Both the position numbers and the translations under genes were made by a program. A stretch of 64,000 nt of DNA, taken from NCBI GenBank assembly GCA_965249325.1, contig CBDFLP010000020.1, positions 321,428 to 385,427 of the forward strand, read 5' to 3'. Positions 25,851-35,460 of this stretch are shown here, piece after piece (within the stretch, counting starts at the first letter, position 1; each line of letters opens with the position of its first letter). This DNA comes from Dehalococcoidia bacterium. GTDB taxonomy: Bacteria; Chloroflexota; Dehalococcoidia; Lucifugimonadales; Australimonadaceae. The notes beneath the pieces are model-generated. The model made no database searches and had not been told where the DNA came from. It saw only the letters and a list, made by a program, of their open reading frames with translations.

Positions 25851-27347
25851 CTAAAAGGTCTCGGCATACGACCCGAACGTGAGCGCGAACAGCGCAAAGT
25901 CGGGTGAGTTTGATAGGAACTTCAGCTCGCCCTCCGAGAATTCGGGCAGCGATACAGCGTTGTAGAGCCGCGCTTCGTCGACCGTGAAGTAGCTTCGCTC
26001 GTCCTCGATGACGATGTCCTCGCCGGCCTCCTCAGCCGTGAGGGGCCGGTCGTGCAGGGTGACTTCCACCTCGAATGGCTCCGCGCCGTCCGGCAGGTCT
26101 ATCACGGCGTTCACCGTTCGGGCGAAGAAGCGGAGCGCGATGTAGTCTTCGAGTTCCTCGGTCGATCTCCCATGCCTGATGGACTCCAGGTCCGATGTCC
26201 ACGAGCCGTGCAGGTAGATGAATTGATTGGCGTGATTCCCCGGGTCCACGTAGGACTGGGTTAGTCCCACACCTTCGTAGTACTCCGGGTGGGCGATGTA
26301 GCGGCCCGTCGTCGAGTTGTTCCTTCTCCACCCGCCGTAAATCTCCCGTGTCTGCCGGTCCTGGAAAGACGTGCCGGACGCCCGCGGGTCTCGCGCCGGA
26401 CCTGAGCTCAGGCCCGACGCGAGACCCGAAACGTCGAACCCGGCTTCGTCGAGCAGCGCCCGTATCTGCTGCTCCGTCTCGACGTACGCGCCTTCGCCGA
26501 AGCGTGTGTAGCGCACGACGCCGTCGGCGTCGATCAAGTATTTGGCGGGCCAGAACCGGTTGCTGTACGCGCGCCACGTCCCCGATGCGTTGTCTTGCGC
26601 GACCGGCCAATCAACCCCCAGCTCCTCCATCGCCACAACGACATTCGCTGTGATCTTTTCGAACTCGAACTCCGGCCTATGCACGCCAACGATGGTCAGC
26701 CCGCGGTCCGCGTATTTCGCGTGCCAGTCGCGCAGGTAGGGCATCGTGCGGATGCAGTTGATGCAGGAGTACGTCCAGAAGTCGATGAGCACCACTCCCC
26801 CGCGAAGCTCTTCCATGGTCAAGGGCTCGCTGTTGAGCCAGTTGTTGATCCTGGTGAACTCAGGCGCCGTGTCCCCCGGAGCGCCGCCCACCCTGCCGGT
26901 GAGCGCGGGCATCATCGGCGTGGGCGTGGGGGTCGGCATGGGCGTGGGCGTGGACGTAGGCCCCGGAGTGGGGGTTGAGGCCGTAGGCGTCGGGGTAGGT
27001 GTAGGTGTGGGAGTCGGCGAGGGCGAGGGCGTAGGTGTGGGCGTAGGTGTGGGCGTCGGGGTAGGCGTGGAAGTCGGCGCCGGTGTCGGTGTGGGCGTCG
27101 AGGTAGGCGTGGGAGTCGGCGCCGGTGTCGGCGTGGGCGTCGAGGTAGGCGTGGGAGTCGGCGCCGGTGTAGGAGTGGGAGCCGGGGTTGGCGTGGGGGT
27201 TGGAGGCTCCGGCGTCGGCGCTACCGGAGTAGGCGTGGAAGTCGGAGCCGGCACCGGCGTAGGGGTTGGGGTCGGGTCGGAGCAGGCCACGGCCAACAGG
27301 ACGATGCCCATCGCCGCGAGCGCAAGCTGTAATCGAAGGGGCCGCAT
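25851..27347 (-). CDS. Secreted lipoprotein with a PT linker of over 100 aa, a DipZ-C-like thioredoxin domain (CxxC) and a C-terminal beta-sandwich region
   Basis: [22 protein letters not shown]|SDPTPTP.., [50 protein letters not shown]. Confidence 0.8.
   Translation of the reverse strand: MRPLRLQLALAAMGIVLLAVACSDPTPTPTPVPAPTSTPTPVAPTPEPPTPTPTPAPTPTPAPTPTPTSTPTPTPAPTPTPTSTPTPTPAPTSTPTPTPTPTPTPTPSPSPTPTPTPTPTPTASTPTPGPTSTPTPMPTPTPTPMMPALTGRVGGAPGDTAPEFTRINNWLNSEPLTMEELRGGVVLIDFWTYSCINCIRTMPYLRDWHAKYADRGLTIVGVHRPEFEFEKITANVVVAMEELGVDWPVAQDNASGTWRAYSNRFWPAKYLIDADGVVRYTRFGEGAYVETEQQIRALLDEAGFDVSGLASGLSSGPARDPRASGTSFQDRQTREIYGGWRRNNSTTGRYIAHPEYYEGVGLTQSYVDPGNHANQFIYLHGSWTSDLESIRHGRSTEELEDYIALRFFARTVNAVIDLPDGAEPFEVEVTLHDRPLTAEEAGEDIVIEDERSYFTVDEARLYNAVSLPEFSEGELKFLSNSPDFALFALTFGSYAETF
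27072..27170 (-). repeat. 42-bp tandem duplication (about 2.4 copies, 41/42 identity between full copies) inside the PT-linker coding region
   Basis: AGTCGGCGCCGGTGTCGG(T/C)GTGGGCGTCGAGGTAGGCGTGGG at 27072-27113 and 27114-27155, partial third copy from 27156. Confidence 0.9.
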
Positions 27348-27356
27348 CAGGGTCTC

Positions 27357-28646
27357 CTAGATGGTGTCCAAGTACGAGCCAAACGTCAGCGCAAACAGCG
27401 CGAAGTCCGGCGAGTTCGATGAAAACTTGAGCTCCGCGCTGCCGAACTCCGGCAGGGCGACGACGTTGTACAGGTCGGCCTCGTCCACCACGAAGTAGCT
27501 GCGACCGTCTTCGATGACGATGTGCTCGCCTGCTTCCTCGGCGGTGAGCGGACGGTAGGCCAGCTCCGCCCCGGAGTCTGCGCCCTCTTCCGGGATGTCC
27601 GCAATCGTGACCTCTACCTCGAACGGCTCCGCGCCCTCTTCGAAGTCGAGCACGATGTTCACCGTGCGGGCGAAGAAGAGCAGCGCGATGTAGTCCTCCA
27701 AGTCCTCGGTCGCCCTTCCGTGCCTGATCGACTCGAAGTCCGATGTCCATCGGCCTTCCAGGTAGATGAACTGGTTGATGTGGTCTTTCGGGTCCCGGTA
27801 GAACTGGGTGTACTCCGGACCACCCTCGTAGTAGTGCGGGTGTGCGATGTAGAAGCCGGAGGAGTTCCGGCTAAAGCCGCCGTATATCTCCCGCGTCTGC
27901 TGGTCACGGGGAGACGTGCCGTAGGCTCGCTGGTCCGGCACAGGGCCGGGGTCGGGGTTCGACGCGACGCCTGAAACGTCGGCGCCTGCCTCTGTAAGCA
28001 ACTCTCGTATCTGCTCCTCGGTCTCGTTGTACGCGCCCTCGCCGAAGTGGGTGTAGCGCACGACGCCGTTGGCGTCGATGAGGTACTTGGCGGGCCAGAA
28101 CCGGTTGTTGTACTCGCGCCACGTTCCGAATTCGTTGTCCTGCGCCACCGCCCAATCGACCCCTAGCTCCTCTGTGGATGCGATGACGTTCTCTGTGACC
28201 TTCTCGAACTCGAACTCCGGCGTATGCACCCCGACGATGGTGAGCCCTTGGTCCGCGTACTTCGCTTGCCAGTCCCGAAGGTAGGGAATCGTGCGGATGC
28301 AGTTGATGCACGTGTACGTCCAGAAGTCGATGAGCACCACCTGTCCGCGAAGCTCCTCTATGGTCAACGGGTCGCTGTTGACCCAGTTGGCGATTCCCGT
28401 GAACTCGGGCGCCGTGTCCCCCGGAGCGCCGCCCACGTCGCCGGTGAGCTCGATCCGGGGGAGTTCGACGCCCTCATCCGCGCTGGCCTCTGCATTTGCG
28501 TCAATGGGCGTCGGCACGGTCTCGGCGGGGGTCGGGCCGGCCTCGGTGGGCGTTGGGGCTGCCTCGGACGCGCACGCCGCAACGAACGCGACGGTTGCTA
28601 CGAGGACGCCGACGGGGACCAGAAGGCGAGCGAAGCGCATCATCAC
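27357..28646 (-). CDS. Secreted lipoprotein, a DipZ-C-like thioredoxin (CxxC) paralogue of 25851-27347
   Basis: MMMRFARLLVPVGVLVATVAFVAAC|ASE.., [50 protein letters not shown]. Collinear with its neighbour. Confidence 0.8.
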   Translation of the reverse strand: MMMRFARLLVPVGVLVATVAFVAACASEAAPTPTEAGPTPAETVPTPIDANAEASADEGVELPRIELTGDVGGAPGDTAPEFTGIANWVNSDPLTIEELRGQVVLIDFWTYTCINCIRTIPYLRDWQAKYADQGLTIVGVHTPEFEFEKVTENVIASTEELGVDWAVAQDNEFGTWREYNNRFWPAKYLIDANGVVRYTHFGEGAYNETEEQIRELLTEAGADVSGVASNPDPGPVPDQRAYGTSPRDQQTREIYGGFSRNSSGFYIAHPHYYEGGPEYTQFYRDPKDHINQFIYLEGRWTSDFESIRHGRATEDLEDYIALLFFARTVNIVLDFEEGAEPFEVEVTIADIPEEGADSGAELAYRPLTAEEAGEHIVIEDGRSYFVVDEADLYNVVALPEFGSAELKFSSNSPDFALFALTFGSYLDTI

Positions 28647-28829
28647 GAGAACCTTTCAGCGCCACCTTGCCGGCGGCCTGCAACTTGCATATGCATGGCG
28701 CCTTCCAGCGCCGAACGCGGCTGTTTCCGACCGCCCTTTTCCCGCAACGTGCCGCGGAGTGCGGTCAGGGGTTAGATGCCTATCGTATACTGTGGGGTGC
28801 GCCCTCAATCGTTCGGAGCTATACCCCGC

Positions 28830-31211
28830 ATGAGAGTCCCCCTGTCATGGTTGGCTGAATACGTTCCCCTGCGGATGGACCCTCGCCAGCTCGCCCACCG
28901 CCTCACGATGGCGGGCTTGGAAACCACCTACGAGGCGGGTCCCGGAGGCGGTTGGGAGAAGGTTGTCGTCGGCTATGTTCAGGAGGTCGGCCCCCACCCC
29001 AACGCCGACCGCTTGCGCCTGGCGACCGTTGACCTCGGCGGCGAGACGCGCACGGTCGTCTGTGGCGCGCCTAACGTCGCCGCCGGACAGAAGATAGCCT
29101 TCGCCCAGGTAGGCGCCATGCTCACCAGCGGCAAAACCGGCGACCCCATGGAGCTGACCGCCGCCGTCATCCGCGGCGTCGAGTCCGCAGGCATGGTCTG
29201 CTCCGAGCGCGAGCTCGGCCTCAGCGACGAGCACGAGGGCATTCTCGTCCTTCCCGTCGAGAGCCCCGTCGGCAAGCCACTGGCCGATGTCCTTCCGTCA
29301 GGCGACGCCTTCGAGATCGAGATCACTCCCAACCGGGGCGACTGCCTCGCGGTCCTCGGCGTCGCCCACGAGGTCGCCGCTATCACCGGCGAGCAGGTTG
29401 CCGAGCCGCCCCTCGACTACGACGAGGGCTCCGAGGACATCGCCGACGCCGTCGCCGTCGAGATTGCGGACCCGGAGCTCTGCCGCCGCTACACCTGCAC
29501 CCTCGTCCGCGGCGTGGAGATCGGCCGCTCTCCCGAGTGGCTGCAGCGCCGTCTTCAAGAGGCCGGCCATCGCTCCATCAACAATGTCGTCGACGTCACC
29601 AACTACGTGATGCTGGAATACGGCCAACCTCTCCATGCATTCGATCTGGATCAGGTGCGCGAGGCCAAGGTCATCGTCCGCCCCGCAGCCGATGGCGAGC
29701 GCTTCGCCAGCCTCGACGGCCAGGAGCACGTCCTTCGGTCCCCGATGCTCATGATTGCGGACCCCGAGCGCGCTATCGGCCTCGCCGGCGTGATTGGCGG
29801 CCTGAACTCCGAGATGACCGACGCGACGAGCAACGTCCTCTTGGAGTCCGCGACGTTCAACGCCATCAACACCCGCCGGACCGCGGGCGCTCTCAAGCTT
29901 CGCACCGAGGCCTCGCTCAGGTTCGAGAAGGGCCTGAACCCGGACCTTGCCGAGCGGGCCGTGCGCCGAGCCACGCGGCTCATCCTCGAAACAGCCGGAG
30001 GCTCCGCCGCCAAGGGCGTCTGTGACGTTTTCCCCGGCAGGAGCAGTCCGCCGCGAATCCTCTTCTCCGGCGAGAGCCTGCGGCGAGTCCTCGGCGCCGA
30101 CTACCCTTCCGAGCAGGTACGCCGCGTGCTGTCCTCCCTCGGCTTCAGCCTCGAACAGGACGACGGCGATTCGATGACCGTCGTCCCGCCTTACTGGCGC
30201 ACCGACGTGAGCATCGAGGAGGATGTCGTCGAGGAAGTCGCCCGCGCCGTCGGCTACGACGGCGTTCCCGGCGCGCCGCTGTCGGGCCGCGTGCCCGACG
30301 CGATACCTCAGCCCGCGCGAGAGTTGCGAGAAGAAGCGCGCGACCTTCTCGTCGCCGCCGGCCTGCAGGAGACGATTTCTTATACCCTCGTCAGCTCGGA
30401 GGCTGCCGACGACAACGCCCTGCGTCCCGCGAATCCCATGAGCCGCGAGCAGGAGCGCCTCCGCACCTCCCTCCGCCCGAGCATCCTCCGCACTGCCGCC
30501 GCCGTTCTCCGGCAGCCTCCTGGGACCGTCGCCCTCTTCGAGGTCGGACGCGTCTTCGTCCCCCGCGAGGGCGCCTTGCCGGATGAGCGCGAGACGGCTG
30601 TTGGCGTCGTCGGCGGTCCGCGCGGCGACTCCCTCTGGGAGCAGGGCGCGCAGCCTCTCGACTTCTTCGACGCCAAGGGTTTGGTGGAGGCCTTGCTTGC
30701 GCACATGGGAATTGCGGCCGCCTTCGAGCGTGCAGATGACTCGATGCTCCACGCTGGACGGGCCGCGCGTGTGCTCGTAAACGGCGAGCCCGTCGGAGTT
30801 GTGGGCGAGCTGGCCCCTCGGGCCCTCGCCACCCACTCCCTCGCAGCCGGACCTGTCGCTTTGTTCGAGCTCGATCTCGGCAAGATTGCGCCCGCCGCGC
30901 CCGTCCTCCGCTCGCGCTTCCAGCCTTTCTCCCGCTATCCCAGCGCGATGCGCGACCTCGCCTTGGTCGTCGACGCCGGCGTGTCCGCCCAGCAGCTGCT
31001 CGCCGTCATCGAGTCTGAGCCCCTCGTCGTCCGCGCAACGCTCTTCGACCTCTTCGAAGGCGGCGCTCTGCCCCCCGGCAAGAAGTCCCTTGCCTTCCGT
31101 CTCGATCTCCAATCGGACCAAGAAACGCTGACCGCCGCCCGGCTCAACGATGTGGTCTCGGCCATCGTCGACCGCCTCGAACGCGAGTCCGGCGCCGCGC
31201 TGAGGACATAG
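28830..31211 (+). CDS. pheT: Phenylalanine--tRNA ligase beta subunit
   Basis: MRVPLSWLAEYVPL.., tRNA-binding domain GYVQEVGPHPNADRLRLATVDLG, B3/4 and B5 regions. Start at internal ATG 28830. Confidence 0.93.
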   Translation: MRVPLSWLAEYVPLRMDPRQLAHRLTMAGLETTYEAGPGGGWEKVVVGYVQEVGPHPNADRLRLATVDLGGETRTVVCGAPNVAAGQKIAFAQVGAMLTSGKTGDPMELTAAVIRGVESAGMVCSERELGLSDEHEGILVLPVESPVGKPLADVLPSGDAFEIEITPNRGDCLAVLGVAHEVAAITGEQVAEPPLDYDEGSEDIADAVAVEIADPELCRRYTCTLVRGVEIGRSPEWLQRRLQEAGHRSINNVVDVTNYVMLEYGQPLHAFDLDQVREAKVIVRPAADGERFASLDGQEHVLRSPMLMIADPERAIGLAGVIGGLNSEMTDATSNVLLESATFNAINTRRTAGALKLRTEASLRFEKGLNPDLAERAVRRATRLILETAGGSAAKGVCDVFPGRSSPPRILFSGESLRRVLGADYPSEQVRRVLSSLGFSLEQDDGDSMTVVPPYWRTDVSIEEDVVEEVARAVGYDGVPGAPLSGRVPDAIPQPARELREEARDLLVAAGLQETISYTLVSSEAADDNALRPANPMSREQERLRTSLRPSILRTAAAVLRQPPGTVALFEVGRVFVPREGALPDERETAVGVVGGPRGDSLWEQGAQPLDFFDAKGLVEALLAHMGIAAAFERADDSMLHAGRAARVLVNGEPVGVVGELAPRALATHSLAAGPVALFELDLGKIAPAAPVLRSRFQPFSRYPSAMRDLALVVDAGVSAQQLLAVIESEPLVVRATLFDLFEGGALPPGKKSLAFRLDLQSDQETLTAARLNDVVSAIVDRLERESGAALRT

Positions 31212-31213
31212 CC

Positions 31214-32605
31214 GTGACACAGCACGAGCACCACAGCCACGGCCATGAACACGGCCACGACCACTCCGCTCACGCTCAGGCGGAGCATTCGCACGCGCAT
31301 CCACGTACCGTCGACATGCTCTCCGTCGAGCAAGCGCTCGAGCGCATCCTGGCCCTCGTGCACGAGTTGCCCGCTCAGCGAACGCCCCTCCTCGAAGCCG
31401 ACGGTCTGACGCTCGCGGAAGACGTCCGCTCGCCCTTTGACATCCCGGCCCTCGCCAACTCGGCCATGGACGGCTATGCCGTCCGCGCCGCCGACGTGGC
31501 GGCCGCCTCCGTCGCGTCGCCCGTAACCCTCACCGTCGCCGGCCAGGTGCAGGCAGGCCAGCTGCCGACGGTCGCCGTGTCGGACGGGACTACAGTCCGC
31601 ATCATGACCGGCGCGCCGGTCCCCGACGGCGCGGACGCCATCGTTCCCTACGAGTTCACTGATGAGGTCGAGCGGCGCGCCACGGGGCTCGCGCTCGGTT
31701 ATATCGCCATCAGACACGCACCTCATCTTGGCGATCACGTCCGCCCTCCGGGCGAGGACGCCGTGAAGGGCGCCCTCGTTCTGGAGAAGGGCCGCGTGCT
31801 CGACCCTCCCGCGATTGGTCTGCTGGCCTCCTTCGGCTTTGCCGACGCATTGGTGGTGCGGAGGCCCCGCGTGGCCGTGCTCGCGACCGGCGACGAGGTG
31901 CAGGCTCCCGGCGAGGCGCTCGAGCCGGGACGCCTATTCGACAGCAACACCTACGGCACGGCTGCCGCCATTCGCCGTTGGGGGGCGCAGCCTGTGCTCG
32001 TCGGCATCGCCCGCGACAACATGGACGACCTGCGCGCCAAGATTCGCAGCGGACTCGACGCCGACATGCTCATCACCTCGGCGGGTGTGAGCGCGGGCGC
32101 TTTCGACATGGTGAAGGAGACCCTTGCGGAGCTCGGCAGCGTCGACTTCTGGGCCGTGCGGATGCGCCCCGCCCGTCCAATCGCCTTCGGCCTGCTCAAT
32201 GCGCCCGATGGCCGAAAGGTTCCCCACCTTGGTCTGCCCGGCAACCCCGTCAGCGCGCTCGTTGCCCTCGTCGAATTCGGGCGGCCTGCTCTCGCGAAGA
32301 TGATGGGCGCAGCCCCAGCTCCCCTCCCCACCGTGCGAGCAGTCCTCGATGATGATCTCCTGAACACCGACGAACGCCGCGTGTACGCTCGGGTCTCGTT
32401 GGAGCGTCGCGAGGGGGAGTTGCGCGCGAGGCTTACCGGCGCGCAAGGCTCGAACCTGCTAACGTCAATGGGGCTTGCCCAAGGGCTCGCCATTTGCCCC
32501 GAGGATCTTCCTAAGAGGCCCGCAGGGGAGAAAGCCGTGGTCCAGCTGCTGGACTGGCTCGACCACTCGTCAATCCTGACCGATCAGCTAGACATCACGA
32601 GGTAA
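31214..32605 (+). CDS. moeA: Molybdopterin molybdenumtransferase with a His-rich N-terminal extension
   Basis: The canonical MoeA sequence begins MLSVEQALERIL (ATG 31316) with ..NSAMDGYAV... The frame is open from GTG 31214, which is preceded by GAGGA and encodes MTQHEHHSHGHEHGHDHSAHAQAEHSHAH. Confidence 0.9.
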   Translation: MTQHEHHSHGHEHGHDHSAHAQAEHSHAHPRTVDMLSVEQALERILALVHELPAQRTPLLEADGLTLAEDVRSPFDIPALANSAMDGYAVRAADVAAASVASPVTLTVAGQVQAGQLPTVAVSDGTTVRIMTGAPVPDGADAIVPYEFTDEVERRATGLALGYIAIRHAPHLGDHVRPPGEDAVKGALVLEKGRVLDPPAIGLLASFGFADALVVRRPRVAVLATGDEVQAPGEALEPGRLFDSNTYGTAAAIRRWGAQPVLVGIARDNMDDLRAKIRSGLDADMLITSAGVSAGAFDMVKETLAELGSVDFWAVRMRPARPIAFGLLNAPDGRKVPHLGLPGNPVSALVALVEFGRPALAKMMGAAPAPLPTVRAVLDDDLLNTDERRVYARVSLERREGELRARLTGAQGSNLLTSMGLAQGLAICPEDLPKRPAGEKAVVQLLDWLDHSSILTDQLDITR

Positions 32606-32611
32606 TCCCGA

Positions 32612-33043
32612 ATGACCACTGACCCGTTGGCGCCTGTCGAATCCGCGCAGGAGGCATCTCCCGAGGACCCCTCCTATCGGTTCATCCCCAGCCTCATCGA
32701 GCAGCAAGGCCGGTCCGTGGGGGTTGTTCTTGGGTCGCGCTTGTGCGAGGCCGCCCGCGCCAAACTTAAGAGCGAGCCGCGGACCATGTCCTATGCGGAG
32801 ATCCGCAGGCTTTTCAAGGCCAACTGCGCCAATCAAGAGGGCTACCTCTCCCCTCAGCATCCCGTCCTCGAGACCGTCCTTCGCCTGCTGCTGATTTCGA
32901 AGGCCGACTCCATGACGCTGACGGACATTCACGACCAGGTCTCATCCCTGTGGCTGACCTCCACCTGGCCGCGCCACATCAATAAGGACGCCATGCGCCG
33001 CGTCTTGGACCGCGCCGCCTCCCACGGCATCATCCCGGCCTAG
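32612..33043 (+). CDS. Hypothetical protein
   Basis: 143-aa ORF with GC3-biased codons, 7 nt after moeA. No motif recognised. Confidence 0.5.
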   Translation: MTTDPLAPVESAQEASPEDPSYRFIPSLIEQQGRSVGVVLGSRLCEAARAKLKSEPRTMSYAEIRRLFKANCANQEGYLSPQHPVLETVLRLLLISKADSMTLTDIHDQVSSLWLTSTWPRHINKDAMRRVLDRAASHGIIPA

Positions 33044-33124
33044 GCTCAATTCTCGGGAACGGGGAATGACGGGGGCGCTGTGACGCCCTCGTAGGCGACT
33101 GACTCTCTACGGATTCTGAGTTGG

Positions 33125-33150
33125 GCGGCGCCAAGAACAGTTGGCGCCGC
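33125..33150. terminator. Perfect 10-bp-stem hairpin between convergent genes, with no U-tract
   Basis: GCGGCGCCAA-gaacag-TTGGCGCCGC. Confidence 0.5.
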
Positions 33151-33206
33151 AGCAAACCTGCCGTGCTCTCCAGCCCAATGACCGCGCTGAGGGGACGAGA
33201 GACCCC

Positions 33207-33569
33207 TTAGGCCGCTGCGAGGCTCGCCCTCGCCTGCTCCGCTACCTGGCCGAACGCGGGCGGGTCGGTCATCGCCAGCTCTGAGAGGACCTTGCGGTCC
33301 AGCATAATGTTCGCCAGCTTCAGGCCGTGCACGAATTGGGAGTAGGAGAGTCCGTGCTCGCGGGCGGCGGCGCCCAGCCTGACGATCCAGAGCTTTCGCA
33401 TGTCGCCCTTGAGCTCGCGCCGGTGGGCGTAAGAGTAGGCCAATGCATGGAGCATCGACTCGTGCGCTCGGCGGTAGAGCGCGTGCTTGGTCCCTCGGTG
33501 CCCCTTCGTGAGCTCCAGGACCTTCTTGTGTCGTCGGTGCGCGGTTACTCCGCGCTTCACGCGTGCCAT
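33207..33569 (-). CDS. rplT: 50S ribosomal protein L20
   Basis: MARVKRGVTAHRRHKKVLELTKGHRG... Confidence 0.97.
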   Translation of the reverse strand: MARVKRGVTAHRRHKKVLELTKGHRGTKHALYRRAHESMLHALAYSYAHRRELKGDMRKLWIVRLGAAAREHGLSYSQFVHGLKLANIMLDRKVLSELAMTDPPAFGQVAEQARASLAAA

Positions 33570-33580
33570 CGTTGTGACTC

Positions 33581-33784
33581 CTACTGATTCAGACCGGGGA
33601 CGAGCTTCATGAGACGCTTCCGGTTGGATGGGCTGGCGACCATCGTGTCGCTGTAGGTGCGCGTGATGGAGCGGGTCTTCTTCCGGCGAAGGTGGCTGGA
33701 GTGCCTCTTCATCCGCAAAAGCTTTCCAGCCCCGCTTACGCGGTAGCGCGCGGCCGCGCCCTTATGCGTCTTCATCTTCGGCAT
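33581..33784 (-). CDS. rpmI: 50S ribosomal protein L35
   Basis: MPKMKTHKGAAARYRVSGAGKLLR... Confidence 0.95.
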   Translation of the reverse strand: MPKMKTHKGAAARYRVSGAGKLLRMKRHSSHLRRKKTRSITRTYSDTMVASPSNRKRLMKLVPGLNQ

Positions 33785-34340
33785 CGTCGGACTCCTTGGC
33801 GGCTGCCGACCCCGGGCGCACGGGTGCTGCCGTCTTCCCCGGGGCCAACACGATACTCATGAACCGTCCCTCTAACTTTGGCGCCTGCTCCAGCTTGGCG
33901 CTCTCCTTGACTGCCTCGTGCACCTGTCGCAGCAGGCCCACCGCGAGTTCCGGGTGATCGAGCTCGCGTCCCCGGTGCATCACCGACACCTTGACCTTGT
34001 TGCCCTCGTCGAGCAGCTTGGTCACGAGGCGCTCCTTGGCCTCGATGTCATGTCGTCCGATGCGGGGGCGGAACCGCACCTCGCGCAGCCCCACATTCTT
34101 GTGGGTCTTGCGCATCTCCCGTTCTTTCGTGGACTGGAGGTAGCGAAACTTCCCGTAGTCCAAGAGCCGACAGACGGGCGGAACCGAATTAGGGGCGACC
34201 TCCACCAAATCAAGGTCGTGCTCCCGAGCTAGGACGAGCGCGTCGGCGGTGGTCATCACCCCGAACTGCTCGCCCTTTTCGTCCACGACCCGGACCTCGG
34301 GGACCCGGATGCGCTCGTTGACGCGGTATTCCTTAGCTAT
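33762..34340 (-). CDS. infC: Translation initiation factor IF-3, with a probable non-canonical ATA start
   Basis: IAKEYRVNERIRVPEVRVVDEKGEQFGVM.. The rc sequence GGAAGGActgcacATAGCTAAGGAA puts a Shine-Dalgarno-like sequence 6 nt before ATA (34340). The track ATG at 34430 would add an atypical 30-aa extension. Confidence 0.85.
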   Translation of the reverse strand: MAKEYRVNERIRVPEVRVVDEKGEQFGVMTTADALVLAREHDLDLVEVAPNSVPPVCRLLDYGKFRYLQSTKEREMRKTHKNVGLREVRFRPRIGRHDIEAKERLVTKLLDEGNKVKVSVMHRGRELDHPELAVGLLRQVHEAVKESAKLEQAPKLEGRFMSIVLAPGKTAAPVRPGSAAAKESDDAEDEDA

Positions 34341-34499
34341 GTGCAGTCCTTCCACTCTAGAAAATCGGGCGCCACGAACGAGGCGCCCACCGAGCCGGAT
34401 TATATACGGGGGACACCCGCTCGTAAACAAGCCCTAGCACACCGTTAGCTGCGCCGTCGCCTGCTGTAGCAAACGGAACCCCTTGGGGGTGGGCTGCCT

Positions 34500-34862
34500 C
34501 TACCCTTTCAGTAGGCAGAATTCGTTGTCGTCCGGGTCGGCGACTACGGCCAAGTTCGCTCCCGGCTCGACGAAGTCCCTGAGCGCTCTTCCCCCGAGGG
34601 CTTCGACTCTCGCCAGCGCCGCCAGCACGTCTGGCACAGTGAGGTCCATATGCACCCGGGTCTTGCTGGGTTTCTTCTCGGGGACTCGCCGGAGATAGAC
34701 TGTCAGGCCGTTGGGCAGGGGTTCGAAGGCGAGGTACTGTCCCCATGCCGAATCCCGCTTGACGCCCAGCACTGCCGAATAGAAGGCCTCCGCCCGATCA
34801 AGGTTGGCAACGTCTATGCCGACGTGAGTCAGCGCTCCCACCGGCCGAGATTCTGCTGTCAT
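34500..34862 (-). CDS. VOC/glyoxalase-fold protein
   Basis: LTHVGIDVANLDRAEAFY...VVADPDDNEFCLL. Paralogue of 12472-12828. Confidence 0.7.
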   Translation of the reverse strand: MTAESRPVGALTHVGIDVANLDRAEAFYSAVLGVKRDSAWGQYLAFEPLPNGLTVYLRRVPEKKPSKTRVHMDLTVPDVLAALARVEALGGRALRDFVEPGANLAVVADPDDNEFCLLKG

Positions 34863-35046
34863 GGCGCCATCCTCCTCTAGCGTCTAAGTCCGTGGGCGGC
34901 CCAGCTCGGACTCGAACAATCCGGCAGGCGCACGTCATTCATCCCCGTGGCCATCGCCCCTAAACTGCCCGTGCCGCAATCCCCGCGGCCCTGCTTACGG
35001 GCCGATTGGGGCTCAGGGCTAATCCCCCTACCGTCAGGAGCCAGTC

Positions 35047-35448
35047 ATGCCCATGATCACGCGTTTGCTAGGCCTCTACTCCATGCTGATTGCGCTCGTA
35101 GTCGGCGTCTACTTCATCATCTCCCCCTTCGTCACTGCTGACTGGGGAGGCGACCTGTGGGACGTGCTCAACTACTTCATGGTCGCCGGGACCACCACCG
35201 CCCTCGGCGCTGCATTCATGGACAAGCGTTGCCTCGAGGCCGGGACGACCGACGTCATCCAGTACATCCGGACCTATGTCGCCTTCTACTCCGCCCTGCT
35301 GCTGTTCATGTGGTTCTTCTGGAAGTGGTTCTCGGTCCTGAACGGAGACGACAGCGATAGTCTCTCCTGGACGTTCGTCGACCCGCTCTTCGCCATCGTG
35401 GTGGGCTCCATCGGCCGGCGCATGTGGCGTAACGCCGCAGGCCTCTAG
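35047..35448 (+). CDS. Hypothetical integral membrane protein with about 4 hydrophobic segments
   Basis: MPMITRLLGLYSMLIALVVGVYFIISPF.., YSALLLFMWFFWKWF. Confidence 0.55.
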   Translation: MPMITRLLGLYSMLIALVVGVYFIISPFVTADWGGDLWDVLNYFMVAGTTTALGAAFMDKRCLEAGTTDVIQYIRTYVAFYSALLLFMWFFWKWFSVLNGDDSDSLSWTFVDPLFAIVVGSIGRRMWRNAAGL

Positions 35449-35460
35449 CCCTTCCTCGTG

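Noticed and set aside
29298-31304. 668-aa ORF on the minus strand
   Set aside because: It lies antisense to a well-supported pheT. The product is Arg/Gly/Ala-rich with no motifs. This is a typical shadow ORF of a high-GC gene.
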